IMG/VR virus record: IMGVR_UViG_3300008113_000019
Coordinates: 32,001 to 96,000 of that record
DNA: 64,000 bases
DNA from: a virus
Taxonomy: Duplodnaviria; Caudoviricetes
Direction: 5' to 3' (one strand)
Shown: positions 19,149-28,979 of the stretch, piece by piece
Position numbering within the stretch: the stretch's first letter is position 1
How the letters are laid out: the number at the start of each line of letters is the position of its first letter
Position numbers and translations under genes: made by a program
Notes under the pieces: model-generated
Told to the model about the DNA's origin: nothing
The model's input: the letters and a program-made list of their open reading frames with translations, nothing else
Database searches by the model: none

Positions 19149-20944
19149 TATTCTCTAATCTGTTCGACAGTGATATTCACATCTGGCTCGATAATATTTA
19201 AGATCACGTTCTGGATAGCGGTGATATCACGCGATCTTGGTTCAGCATAGATCTTTAGCGATGTACCAGAATAATTTTGAATATTGAAGTTATTTAATCT
19301 AACCACGCCGGTGTCATAATCAACAGTTCCGATATCAACAATCTTCTTATGATTTGCCCCAACTGGTGTCACGATTCGAACAACGCCGTCGCCGTTGTCT
19401 TCTAGAACACAGTTTTGGATTCCGGTATATGTGAACGGTGTTGAAGTAATCGCATGAACGTCAACAATAGGATGTTCATCGCTCAACAAAGGAATCTCTT
19501 GAGTCAGAGGGCACTTGAAATCAATAGTTAAGTTCAGAGGCACACCAAGTTCTGGTGTCAAGTACTTTACAAGATTGATGTCGGTTTCATTGCTGATGAT
19601 GCTAGCGTCTGTAGCATCAATTGCTTGAACTAGCTTCGAGTATCTGAAAGTCTTCGAGAAGCTATTCAGGCTTGTCGAGGCATAATTCAGAATAGAGTCG
19701 ATAACGAATGCACGAAGATCTTCTGGATTCTGCCCAGTTCTGTTGATATTGTATCTTACCGTGCTATCGATCTTCAGGTACGTGTAATCCGGAGTAATAA
19801 ACAGCGGCTCCATCGCTACCGAAGAACGTGAGCGAAGGAATCTCTTGTACTCATCTTCTTTGATCTTTGGTAGACCATCGACATCTGTCAGGTCAACCGA
19901 AACGAAGATGCGACCATACTGCGGAGGTGTAGCATCTTCGCCGCCATATGCAGTCACTGCATTGATCTCCGGGAAGTTTGCCTTGAGAAGATTCTCGTAG
20001 TCCTCTGCAGTTACAGCTCTTTCTTGTGTAGTGAAAGCACGTGGAGCATTGAACTTGATCGAGTTTAGATCTTCGGCAACAGCACCGTCCGCAGCTGCAC
20101 TCACCGTCGTAATTGCCACGTTCGCTTCGTTGTCAATACGACCGGCGTTGATGAATTTAAAGGCACCATTCGGTAATTCGCCGTTTGATACTCGGTATTC
20201 AATAATTACAATTGCATTATTCTTTGGTTTACGACCGACTACGCCATCGCCAAATACTACTTCATACGAGTCGCCAACAGCTGGCTGTAAGAAGAATACT
20301 TTTGAGTTTTCATCATGCCCAAAAAGCGAAGTTGCACGAGAATATTCAAGTGTTGTAGAACCGTTGTCCTCAAGCACTGTAACGCTAATGCTAGAAATGT
20401 CTACATTTCTGTTGCTGATTTTATAGATTAAAGGATTGCTATAGTTAACAACAGAGGTGTCACTTAAGTAATTGCCTTCGTAAATAGTAATGGTTTCACT
20501 TACAAAAGTTCCATTTACTTTATTTGTAATTACTATGTTTTCATTTGTACTAAATGTATACGTAAAATCATCCACACGAGAAATAAATGTGGTTCCCTTT
20601 GGAATAACAATAGAATTTTTATTCGAATCTGTTGGAGTAATTCTCAGTTGGACTTTTGCAGTAGCTGAAGTAAATGATCGAGGAAGATAGTTTAACTCTT
20701 TTGCGTGCGAAACTACACTGTCACGAAGACGTGCACTATCAAGAAACATTTCGTTACCAATCATATTCAGATAAAATGCATTCTGATATGTATTATAAGC
20801 AAGTACATCGAGCAAAACAGAAAGATTGCTTCCATCAAAATCATAATCTTTGAACTCATCTTGTGCAGTAAGATAAGTTTTTAACGAACTTTTGAATTCG
20901 TTAAAGTCAAGTTGTGTAAGAATGATACTTGAATTGGCGGCCAT
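19148..20944 (-). CDS. gp6: baseplate wedge subunit gp6
   Basis: DYDFDGSNLSVLLDVLAYNT, FLDSA.LR.SVVSHAK and RAVTAEDY motifs. Confidence 0.95.
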   Translation of the reverse strand: MAANSSIILTQLDFNEFKSSLKTYLTAQDEFKDYDFDGSNLSVLLDVLAYNTYQNAFYLNMIGNEMFLDSARLRDSVVSHAKELNYLPRSFTSATAKVQLRITPTDSNKNSIVIPKGTTFISRVDDFTYTFSTNENIVITNKVNGTFVSETITIYEGNYLSDTSVVNYSNPLIYKISNRNVDISSISVTVLEDNGSTTLEYSRATSLFGHDENSKVFFLQPAVGDSYEVVFGDGVVGRKPKNNAIVIIEYRVSNGELPNGAFKFINAGRIDNEANVAITTVSAAADGAVAEDLNSIKFNAPRAFTTQERAVTAEDYENLLKANFPEINAVTAYGGEDATPPQYGRIFVSVDLTDVDGLPKIKEDEYKRFLRSRSSVAMEPLFITPDYTYLKIDSTVRYNINRTGQNPEDLRAFVIDSILNYASTSLNSFSKTFRYSKLVQAIDATDASIISNETDINLVKYLTPELGVPLNLTIDFKCPLTQEIPLLSDEHPIVDVHAITSTPFTYTGIQNCVLEDNGDGVVRIVTPVGANHKKIVDIGTVDYDTGVVRLNNFNIQNYSGTSLKIYAEPRSRDITAIQNVILNIIEPDVNITVEQIRE

Positions 20945-21381
20945 TATCTTGCTCTATATAAAGTGATGTTGAGGGCAATAGGAGTGATACTATTTATTAC
21001 TTCAAAAATAATGTATACGTCATAGGTATGAAGATCTTCATTTGGAATAACTTCTACCGTGATTACCCTAGCACGCTTTTCGTGTAGTCTTATTGTTTCT
21101 TCAATAGCATTTTTTAATTGCATCGCTGTAATATCAGACATGTTTTCGAAAAGCAAACTTCTGATTTTGCACCCAATATCTGGTTGAAAAAGTCTTTCGC
21201 CCGGTTCGGTAAGAATTAAATTGCGAACAGCTCTTTTTACAGAATTTTCATTGGTGTATTTTACAAGCCGTTTGTTCTGTGGGTGAGCATTGAAGTTCGT
21301 GTAGAAGTCACTATAATAAGGCTTCTTCTCAGAAGCTTTATCAGTACGCGTTATCTTATCGATACGTGTGATATCTACCAT
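20944..21381 (-). CDS. gp25: baseplate wedge subunit gp25
   Basis: VRNLILTEPGERLFQPDIG motif; upstream of gp6. Confidence 0.92.
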   Translation of the reverse strand: MVDITRIDKITRTDKASEKKPYYSDFYTNFNAHPQNKRLVKYTNENSVKRAVRNLILTEPGERLFQPDIGCKIRSLLFENMSDITAMQLKNAIEETIRLHEKRARVITVEVIPNEDLHTYDVYIIFEVINSITPIALNITLYRAR

Positions 21382-21401
21382 TGAACTCTCTTTTTAAATA
21401 T

Positions 21402-22220
21402 TTATTCAGTCGGTAAACCGGTCTTCGGCGAGTGCTTGTGTTTGGTCAATTTAATTTTATCAGATGTGATCTCGTCAGTAGCATCAAGCTTTCCTTCAAT
21501 CTCAACATCGCCTTCGATGAATAGATTGCCAGTAATTCCAACTTCGGTGCCGGCAATATTCACTACACCTGACTTCGAGACAAGATCAATATCTCCATCA
21601 GAGTTGATTTGAATCTTACCTTCATTTGCTACAATCTGTAGATCGCCTTTCACTACGCTAATCGAGTGATCGTTCATAGTAACGCTCACAGAGTCTTTCA
21701 TCGATTTGGTTACGATTGATCCATCCGGAAAGATCTCTACATAAGCTCCTGACTTGTGATACACATGAATACGTTCTGCTTTTGGCGTATCATCAAGCTC
21801 TAGAACATGACCAGATGTTGTGGTAATAGTCTTATTATGTGGATACTTTGCCGCATATGCCGTTCTCTTTTCACCAAGCTCTTCGATATATTCTTTTTGA
21901 ACTGGACCAACACCTCTGGCATGTCTTGATAAAGAATGGTCTGCTTCATTTGGTACGTAGGCAACAGAGCCTATGACATAGGAAAGAGTTTCGTTGATTC
22001 TAAATCCGATTACCTTGGAATCTTCTGTTAACCCAACTGGCGCAACGCCAGCACCTTTGGCATTTGCTCCGGTTGGCGGCATAAGAACATGTGACCAAAA
22101 CAAATCTTCAGATTCTACTCTGTTGCTATGGCCAAGCGTCTCTCTTACTTTTACACGTCCCAGTTTTTCAGGGTCGTTTACATCTACAATTTCGCCTTCA
22201 AACCACTTTTGAATATTCAT
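21402..22220 (-). CDS. gp5: baseplate central spike gp5 (short, no lysozyme domain)
   Basis: OB-fold start WFEG..VDVNDPEKLGRVKVR, YPHN...SGHVLELDDTP.AERI, C-terminal HKH. Confidence 0.88.
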   Translation of the reverse strand: MNIQKWFEGEIVDVNDPEKLGRVKVRETLGHSNRVESEDLFWSHVLMPPTGANAKGAGVAPVGLTEDSKVIGFRINETLSYVIGSVAYVPNEADHSLSRHARGVGPVQKEYIEELGEKRTAYAAKYPHNKTITTTSGHVLELDDTPKAERIHVYHKSGAYVEIFPDGSIVTKSMKDSVSVTMNDHSISVVKGDLQIVANEGKIQINSDGDIDLVSKSGVVNIAGTEVGITGNLFIEGDVEIEGKLDATDEITSDKIKLTKHKHSPKTGLPTE

Positions 22221-22228
22221 GATATCTC

Positions 22229-23509
22229 CTATTTAGTAGGCCTTGGCATTTCACCGCCATACCCATCTTTCACAATCTCAAGCGCTTGCATATATTCTGC
22301 ACCTTCATTAAAGGAAAGAATATGGCGACACTTAGTTACTAGGTAGTTACCTGCTAGCATTTCATTGCTCTCAACAAATGGTCTTTCCTCACCGAGCGTT
22401 AGTGCAGTGTGTTCAGGAATATCACATGTGATCACATCGCCGATTGTAAGTGTGCTGTCACCATACACGGTGATGTGTGCAACAGTATTAAAAAGAAACG
22501 AAAGATAATATGGTCGAAGCGACTTTGCTTCGGCTTGTTCAACAGTTTCAACCGATGGATCAAAATAAACTAATTCGATTCTGCCTTCATCTTTCGAAAG
22601 TTCTTTCTTTGATGTCAAGTTCTGACTCAATGATCCTTTGTTCAAAGAAACAAATTCTATCTTAGATGAATCTGTTGTAAACGGTTCGATCTCGCCGGTA
22701 ATTATATTCTTTCTCTTAATTAAAACTTTACCGCCGCCCAGCAATCGTGTTACGTTTTGGTTTCCGGACTGAATCACCTTCAACCCAAGAATATTTCTCC
22801 ATCGAGATCCAGTAACAGATACGTCGGCCAGAGCTACTTGAGTGAAATACTTGTCACCAATCTTTTTCTTTCCATCATCAATCAAACCTTCGAAGGTTTT
22901 AAAGTGATAGCCTTTACTGTTTTCATAGAATAAGAAACAGTGTCCATTGTACTTGCTGGACATAGACTTAAGTCTTATTTGATCAATTGCTTCAAATGGA
23001 GTCAGCTCAGTAAAATTACAAGCTTGAAGCCCACGCGTTTTTTCAAAGAAATACTTCTTGTCTGTTTCTACAAGCTGTAAGAGAGCATCAACAATAGTTT
23101 CGCTTTCAATTTTTTTCCTTACAAGAGGAATGTTTTTGATTTGTGTTGATTTGATTGCTTCTTTAGATACACAAGTAAGTTTGTATATGATACCTTTGTC
23201 ATCTGGTAATGTTTCTGCCGGGTCAACAGAAATAGGATATAAAGTATATTTTACACTTGCGTCATCGTTATCTTCATATGTAGTGAACTCAATATTAATA
23301 CGTTGTTCTAAAAAGTTAAAGTGGTTAAAGATTCCTACTTTATCAGTAATAATAAATTCTGCAACGACTGTTGGTTCTAGAACACTCTCATAAATGTCGG
23401 CTCTCGCACAATACGGTGCAAGTTTAAGTGTTTTACAATCGATAGGTGTAGTGAGTTCAAACGTTTTTAGTTTAAACTTTCCTTCACGCATTACAACATT
23501 TGAACTCAT
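22229..23509 (-). CDS. baseplate hub / tail protein (gp27-like position)
   Basis: DIYES, FLFYEN..GYHF and LAGNYLVT..RH motifs; between gp53 and gp5. Confidence 0.65.
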   Translation of the reverse strand: MSSNVVMREGKFKLKTFELTTPIDCKTLKLAPYCARADIYESVLEPTVVAEFIITDKVGIFNHFNFLEQRINIEFTTYEDNDDASVKYTLYPISVDPAETLPDDKGIIYKLTCVSKEAIKSTQIKNIPLVRKKIESETIVDALLQLVETDKKYFFEKTRGLQACNFTELTPFEAIDQIRLKSMSSKYNGHCFLFYENSKGYHFKTFEGLIDDGKKKIGDKYFTQVALADVSVTGSRWRNILGLKVIQSGNQNVTRLLGGGKVLIKRKNIITGEIEPFTTDSSKIEFVSLNKGSLSQNLTSKKELSKDEGRIELVYFDPSVETVEQAEAKSLRPYYLSFLFNTVAHITVYGDSTLTIGDVITCDIPEHTALTLGEERPFVESNEMLAGNYLVTKCRHILSFNEGAEYMQALEIVKDGYGGEMPRPTK

Positions 23510-24336
23510 GATTTAAGTTGCTCTATAAACAATTTTTCTACTTCCGGAAGATACGATTTTTTGATGAGATTGATGTATCTCTTCAGTTCGTTTTTTTCTT
23601 GCTCATAATCATAAGCACTTACCCTACTCCAAAAAGCATTTTCTGTCGTTGGGATATTAACTTTGAGTGTGTTTATTTCTAATAGACCTTCACCAACAGA
23701 AACTTCAAACTCTTCTTCTACGTGCTGGACGATGACAGAATTTCTTGTAGTATCGATAGAAACAACTGTTGCCCGTGCTTCAGTAGATGACTGAGATATA
23801 ATATCACCAGCATCAAAAGCAGCGACATTGGCCGATAAGACTAACTCTAAAATTTTATTAGTACTTACTGTCCAGTCTTCTTTCACTCTTTCATAGCCAG
23901 CAATTTGATTGTTAGCACCAAGGCGTGGTTTCCAATATTTTTTGATTGAAGCTTCAAGAGATTCATAAGTGGCTTCTGTGATTAAGCTTTCGTCTGCAGC
24001 CCAATCGTTTCTATAAAATAAAGTTTTTTCTCTAGCTGATGCCAGTGTTCCATACTTTCCAATAATGTATTTTTCAAAATCGTCTGCGCTCAAATAATAA
24101 TCATGGTATGGATCTATAACGCTATTTGAAAGATAGATCATCCAGTCATATTGTGATGAGTCGTAGTATGTGTAAGAAAGAAAATCAGGCCGAATCAAAT
24201 CGTCTTGAATCACATAATCAAAATTTGAATAGATGTCTCTCTTCGCTTCGTCTGTAAAGTCAACACGTGCTAAAATGTTTTTAGCAGGAGCACCATTATA
24301 ATCTACAAGAGGAAATCTCGAAAAATATCTAGACAT
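23506..24336 (-). CDS. gp53: baseplate wedge subunit gp53
   Basis: YFSRFP start, RPD.LS..YY and YDYE...NE.KR.I motifs. Confidence 0.88.
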   Translation of the reverse strand: MSRYFSRFPLVDYNGAPAKNILARVDFTDEAKRDIYSNFDYVIQDDLIRPDFLSYTYYDSSQYDWMIYLSNSVIDPYHDYYLSADDFEKYIIGKYGTLASAREKTLFYRNDWAADESLITEATYESLEASIKKYWKPRLGANNQIAGYERVKEDWTVSTNKILELVLSANVAAFDAGDIISQSSTEARATVVSIDTTRNSVIVQHVEEEFEVSVGEGLLEINTLKVNIPTTENAFWSRVSAYDYEQEKNELKRYINLIKKSYLPEVEKLFIEQLKS

Positions 24337-25583
24337 TATTGGTTAGCCTTATCTGCTGCTGCGCTGGCTGTGTTTATTAATTTGGTTCCATAATCTACTG
24401 CTTCGCTAATTGCACCGGTCAATCCTGGAAACTTTTCACTTGCCGCGCCTTTTAACTCTTCATAGATTTTGGTTGCTTGGTCATTGCGTTCACCAACTTT
24501 TGTTCCATAATCATATGCAGTTTGAATTTCTGTTTCCATAAAGTCAATTGAAATTTGAATAAACGTTGGCTGTTTAGTTCCTCTAAAGAATGCTGGCAAC
24601 CCCTGTGGAGAATAGTTTACAGAAATATTTTGAATCAAGCATGGTTTGAATACAATAAGATCTTCTCCATTTTTCTTCCATGGATACAATTCAAGATCGA
24701 CCAGAGGCGGATATTGAAGAGCAGCTGTGCCAAGATTGCTAAAAGCAGGAAGTGAATACTTTTTCAGTTCATAGATAATTTGCTGAAGTTGTCGACTCTC
24801 AAGAGCATTTCTTGGCGAAAATGTCCACTGAAAACTGTGTGTTCTCATTTGAACACCGGAGAAAATTGCTTGCAAGTGAGGATTCGGAACTGCTCCGCCA
24901 AACTGACCAAGTAGATCTCCGTACTGGCCAGCCATTTGAACACCTTGTGCATACGCCAGCGCAGCGAGTTGATTCTTAGCTCTGTCTCCTCCACCTTCAC
25001 CGCCTCTAAAGATATCAGTACCGATGTCAGCCAATCCGCCAGCTAAAACACCAGTCCCCTTTGGATCAATATTATTTGCAAACTGTTCTTTTAGTTCTCG
25101 AGGAACCGGAAGAATAAAATTCTTAAGCGCTTTACGAACCGCAACGGTTTGTGGACTTGGTCTAGAGTATTCTGTAAACTTCATAAGCATATAATATTCG
25201 CCAACATCTGGCGGAAATTGAAGGAGACCTTCGTTTGCTTGAACTTTACTATTAATCGATCGTTGCGCATCAACCACAGTTTCAGCACCGCGGTTCAGGA
25301 TATTATCCACGCAGTCTCTTGAAGAAACTCTATTCTGTTCTGCCGTAGATGTTCCAAAGAATCTATCGGCCTGACCAACAGAGAACGCGTCTCCAAATCT
25401 TGCAGAAAGCTCGCCGGCGATATTATCAGAAAGACCAACTTTTTTAAGGCCTTTTGCAAATGCATCTTCTACAGCATTTTCTAGTTTCTGCTCTACTTTA
25501 TTCACAACACTATCAACTAGCCGGTTAGCAATACCACCTAGGTCTTTTTTGAAGTTGTTAATATTGAGTTTGATAAGGGCCAT
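24336..25583 (-). CDS. gp48: baseplate tail-tube cap gp48
   Basis: NPHLQAIFSG..MRTHSFQWTFSPRN..ES and I.FMETEI motifs. Confidence 0.82.
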   Translation of the reverse strand: MALIKLNINNFKKDLGGIANRLVDSVVNKVEQKLENAVEDAFAKGLKKVGLSDNIAGELSARFGDAFSVGQADRFFGTSTAEQNRVSSRDCVDNILNRGAETVVDAQRSINSKVQANEGLLQFPPDVGEYYMLMKFTEYSRPSPQTVAVRKALKNFILPVPRELKEQFANNIDPKGTGVLAGGLADIGTDIFRGGEGGGDRAKNQLAALAYAQGVQMAGQYGDLLGQFGGAVPNPHLQAIFSGVQMRTHSFQWTFSPRNALESRQLQQIIYELKKYSLPAFSNLGTAALQYPPLVDLELYPWKKNGEDLIVFKPCLIQNISVNYSPQGLPAFFRGTKQPTFIQISIDFMETEIQTAYDYGTKVGERNDQATKIYEELKGAASEKFPGLTGAISEAVDYGTKLINTASAAADKANQ

Positions 25584-25611
25584 CAGCTTCTCTTTTTAAA
25601 AGTTCTCTCTT

Positions 25612-25623
25612 TATTTATAAATA
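25612..25623. promoter_or_regulatory. overlapping divergent T4-type late promoters (TATTTATAAATA)
   Basis: Palindrome giving TATAAATA on both strands between divergent gp48 and gp4. Confidence 0.85.
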
Positions 25624-25628
25624 GAATC

Positions 25629-26069
25629 ATGGCATACAAAGGCTTTTTCAAACCATTGAACCCTTCAAAGTATAGAGGCGATCCCACGAACATTGTTTAC
25701 CGTTCGAGATGGGAACTCGTTTACATGTCTCGATTAGATAAAGATCCAAACATAGTCGAATGGGCAAGTGAGGAACACGTAATTCCTTATCGCTCTCCTA
25801 TCGACAATCGAATACACAGATACTTTGTCGACTTTTATATTAAAAAGAAAATGCCAAACGGCAAGACGAAGTGTGCACTGATCGAAATCAAGCCAAAGCA
25901 TCAGACTGTCCCACCGAAGGTAATAAATAAACCAAACAAGCGTTATATCAACGAAGTGATGACGTGGGGCGTAAACGAAGCCAAATGGAAAGCAGCCACA
26001 GAATTCTGTAAAGACCGTGGCTGGGATTTCGAGATACTAACAGAAGATCATCTTAATCTAAAGTTTTAG
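25629..26069 (+). CDS. gp4: head completion nuclease gp4
   Basis: KYRGDPTNIVYRSRWE, RYFVDF, EIKP, NEAKWKAA motifs. Confidence 0.93.
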   Translation: MAYKGFFKPLNPSKYRGDPTNIVYRSRWELVYMSRLDKDPNIVEWASEEHVIPYRSPIDNRIHRYFVDFYIKKKMPNGKTKCALIEIKPKHQTVPPKVINKPNKRYINEVMTWGVNEAKWKAATEFCKDRGWDFEILTEDHLNLKF

Positions 26070-26424
26070 ATGGATATATCCAAGTCCATGAACCATCTGG
26101 TCTTGTATATTTTTTTCTGCCTTTACATGTTTCAGACATTTTTTTCTTAGATTCTTCGTTTCTTTTCCAATTTTTGCCTAATGCACCGCTTGGCCGACCG
26201 GTTCGGCTTTTGCTCATTTTTTCTCTAGAGCTTTTGGTGTGCCTTTTACCATACATATTATTTAAATGGCCAGATTGGTCATTGTATTTTCCAAGTGGCT
26301 CTATTTGCTTACAAAATTCTTCATATGTTAAGTCAAAAACATATTCAGGCGTATTAAAGGCACGATTTTGCGCCTCAACGTCTGCAGACTTGAGATACTC
26401 GTAAAGTTCTTTATAAATATTCAT
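26053..26424 (-). CDS. NUMOD3-motif protein, homing-endonuclease derivative with no recognisable nuclease domain
   Basis: MYGKRHTKSSREKMS and a second NUMOD3-like repeat; own late promoter and RBS; antisense between gp4 and gp2. Confidence 0.75.
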   Translation of the reverse strand: MNIYKELYEYLKSADVEAQNRAFNTPEYVFDLTYEEFCKQIEPLGKYNDQSGHLNNMYGKRHTKSSREKMSKSRTGRPSGALGKNWKRNEESKKKMSETCKGRKKYTRPDGSWTWIYPSKTLD

Positions 26425-26489
26425 ATGCTGATTCCCCTCACAGAATTAGAGTAGTTGGGATGGCGGTCCGCGAACTACAATTATTTATA
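26425..26489 (-). ncRNA. late promoter plus structured 5' leader motif, copy A
   Basis: TATAAATA (26489-26482), then stems GTAGTT/AACTAC, GGA/TCC, TTC/GAA; covaries with copy B at 51410-51473. Confidence 0.7.
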
Positions 26490-26505
26490 TTTACAAAGGT
26501 TTAAA

Positions 26506-27105
26506 GTGGCAACTATATTTGATACAATCATTACTCAAGGCGTTCGTTCCGGACAAATTCCGGCTCGGACACAGGGAGCACGCGATTGGTTTCGTGAAAC
26601 AGCCGGTAAGATGAGAACTGTCAACGAACGTACGATGATGAAGGGCGATCAAAGCCGATTGACAAATCGCCCGATCGTTGGCTCGATGTACATGTTCAAT
26701 TATGATCCAAAGTGGAAAGAGGAACTACCGTACTATGACAGGTTTCCTCTGGTCTTTCCATTTCGTAAAGTTCCTGGTGGATTCTATGGAATCAACCTTC
26801 ACTATCTTCCACCACAGCTCAGAGCAAAGTTAATGGATGCTCTGTATGATTATGCCAACAACACTCGTTATGACGAGTCAACCAAGATCAAATTAAACTA
26901 TCAGCTTCTCACGAGCATTGCAAAGATGCGATTCTTTGCTCCTTGTGTAAAGCACTATCTAGATGAGCATGTACGTTCACGTTTCATGTATGTGTATCCT
27001 TCTGAGTGGGACATTGCTCTCTTCTTACCAACAGAACGTTTTGCCAAGAAGTCAAAGACTCAGGTATGGAACGATTCAAAGAGAATGCTAGGGATTAGAA
27101 AGTAA
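26506..27105 (+). CDS. gp2: DNA end protector protein gp2
   Basis: GTG start at 26506; YDPK.K..LPYYDRFPL and GINLHYLPP motifs; TATAAATA at 26412-26419. Confidence 0.92.
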   Translation: MATIFDTIITQGVRSGQIPARTQGARDWFRETAGKMRTVNERTMMKGDQSRLTNRPIVGSMYMFNYDPKWKEELPYYDRFPLVFPFRKVPGGFYGINLHYLPPQLRAKLMDALYDYANNTRYDESTKIKLNYQLLTSIAKMRFFAPCVKHYLDEHVRSRFMYVYPSEWDIALFLPTERFAKKSKTQVWNDSKRMLGIRK

Positions 27106-28079
27106 TGTCTGAGGCACCACAGAACGAAGAAACAAAAGCTACAGCCGAGTTTAGAACTGATCCGTTTGTCCTAGAAGACGAGATCCTCGTTACTGGCGGA
27201 AGAAAAAGCTTCAACATCGCCAATTTTAGATCAGAACTGAATAAAAACGAAGTTTTGCCGTCACACAGTTATCTGGTGACATTTGCTCCGTTCAGACTGG
27301 GGTCTGAAGCAAATGCTCCACTATCAGAATTTGTAAGGTATAATTCTAATAAGTTAATTTTCCGTTGTGAATCTGTTATACTTCCGACCATACAAGTTTT
27401 AGAAGAAGAAAACATTAGACGATATGGATATGGCCCAGTAGAAAAAGTTCCGTATGGAATGCAGTTTAACGATTTGACTCTTACTTGGCTAGTCGATAAA
27501 AGATCCGAACTAATTGACTTCTTCCATCAGTGGATGAATACAATTGTATTGTATGAAACTTCCGGAATTAGCAGTTTAAAAAATGTAAGTGATCGCCCAG
27601 GATTAAACAACTACCTTGGCTATGAAGTAGGATACAAGGACGAATATACTTGTCCTAACGTACGTATTAGAGTTTATGATCGTGAGTTAAATACGGTTAC
27701 TGAGTATATTCTTTATGATGTGTTTCCAATGAATATTCAATCTCAAAATTTGGCTTGGACACAAGAAAACGAAGTACAAAAGCTTACTGTGACATTTGCA
27801 TTTACTAATATGACGACACTTACTCCGCGAGCACTAAACGGAAAACTAGAAACAGTCCTTGAAGCACAAGCTGCAGCCGACGCAGCTGCATCAGCTGCAG
27901 AAAAACAAAAGCAAAAGAAAAACAAAAAAGACTATAGTCGCCGTGTTGGATTGAATCCTCAAAATTCTATAGGAGCAACTTCACCAGACGCTATAAACAA
28001 CCGAGCACAAAAATCTACAGGCGCAAGCAATTTAACCGGAACAATAACTACTAAAAATCTTAGTGGAACTGAAATTTAA
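27105..28079 (+). CDS. tail-tube-like baseplate protein (gp54/gp19 family)
   Basis: FRCESV.LP, FF.QWMN.I, DVFP and KLTVTFAF tube-fold motifs; synteny. Confidence 0.7.
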   Translation: MSEAPQNEETKATAEFRTDPFVLEDEILVTGGRKSFNIANFRSELNKNEVLPSHSYLVTFAPFRLGSEANAPLSEFVRYNSNKLIFRCESVILPTIQVLEEENIRRYGYGPVEKVPYGMQFNDLTLTWLVDKRSELIDFFHQWMNTIVLYETSGISSLKNVSDRPGLNNYLGYEVGYKDEYTCPNVRIRVYDRELNTVTEYILYDVFPMNIQSQNLAWTQENEVQKLTVTFAFTNMTTLTPRALNGKLETVLEAQAAADAAASAAEKQKQKKNKKDYSRRVGLNPQNSIGATSPDAINNRAQKSTGASNLTGTITTKNLSGTEI

Positions 28080-28098
28080 TTAATGGAGTATTTTTGAA

Positions 28099-28806
28099 AT
28101 GACTTTGCCAAAAATTGATCAACCTCTTTTTGATGCTGTAATTCCTTCGACTCAGCAAAAAGTTATGTTTAGACCATTCCTAGTAAAGGAAGAGAAAATC
28201 TTGCTGGTTGCTCAGCAGAGTGGAAACGATTCTGAAATTATTAGGGCAATCAAGCAAATTCTTGGAAACTGTATTCAGAGTGAAGTGAATATCGATAATC
28301 TTGCTATCTTTGACTTAGAATATTTGTTCTTAAAGTTGAGATCGCGATCGGTGAATAACATCATCAAGCTATCTTATAAAGATACTGAAGACGAAAAGAT
28401 TTATGATTTTGAATTAAATCTGGATGATGTAGAAGTAAGTATGCCAGATCAAGTAAATTCTAAGATTGAAATTAATGATGACGTAGGAATGATGATGCGG
28501 TACCCTACTGCAGACATCACCGATAAAATGGGCAATATCACAAACGAGGTAGAGCTCATGACCTTCTTCATTGTCAATTGCATCGACGTGATCTACGACG
28601 CGGACAATGTATATCCAGCAACAGATTATTCAGAGAAAGAAATTTCTGAGTTCCTAGATAACTTGGACGTCTCGACGTTTGAAAAGATCAGAAAGTTCTT
28701 TGAAAGCATTCCAAGACTTCATCACACTATCAAGTATAAAAATTCCCTAGGGAATGATAGGGAGATTGAGTTAACAAATCTCAAGGATTTTTTTATGTGG
28801 GGCTGA
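28099..28806 (+). CDS. gp26: baseplate hub assembly protein gp26
   Basis: LPKI..P, FRPFLVKEEKILL, FDLEYLFLKLR..SV. Confidence 0.92.
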   Translation: MTLPKIDQPLFDAVIPSTQQKVMFRPFLVKEEKILLVAQQSGNDSEIIRAIKQILGNCIQSEVNIDNLAIFDLEYLFLKLRSRSVNNIIKLSYKDTEDEKIYDFELNLDDVEVSMPDQVNSKIEINDDVGMMMRYPTADITDKMGNITNEVELMTFFIVNCIDVIYDADNVYPATDYSEKEISEFLDNLDVSTFEKIRKFFESIPRLHHTIKYKNSLGNDREIELTNLKDFFMWG

Positions 28807-28979
28807 GCCATACAAACCTAGCAAGATACTACTCGATGGTATTTTCTCTGGCTCAGCATCATAAATATTCTATTACAGAGATTGAAAATTTGATTCCTTA
28901 TGAAAGAGATCTTTATGTCGATATGCTCATGGAATTTTTAGATAAGCAGAGACAAGAAATAGAGAGTAGAAAGAAGTAA
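28797..28979 (+). CDS. gp51: baseplate hub assembly catalyst gp51-like
   Basis: L.QHHKYS.TEIENLIPYERD.Y motif immediately after gp26. Confidence 0.85.
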   Translation: MGLSHTNLARYYSMVFSLAQHHKYSITEIENLIPYERDLYVDMLMEFLDKQRQEIESRKK

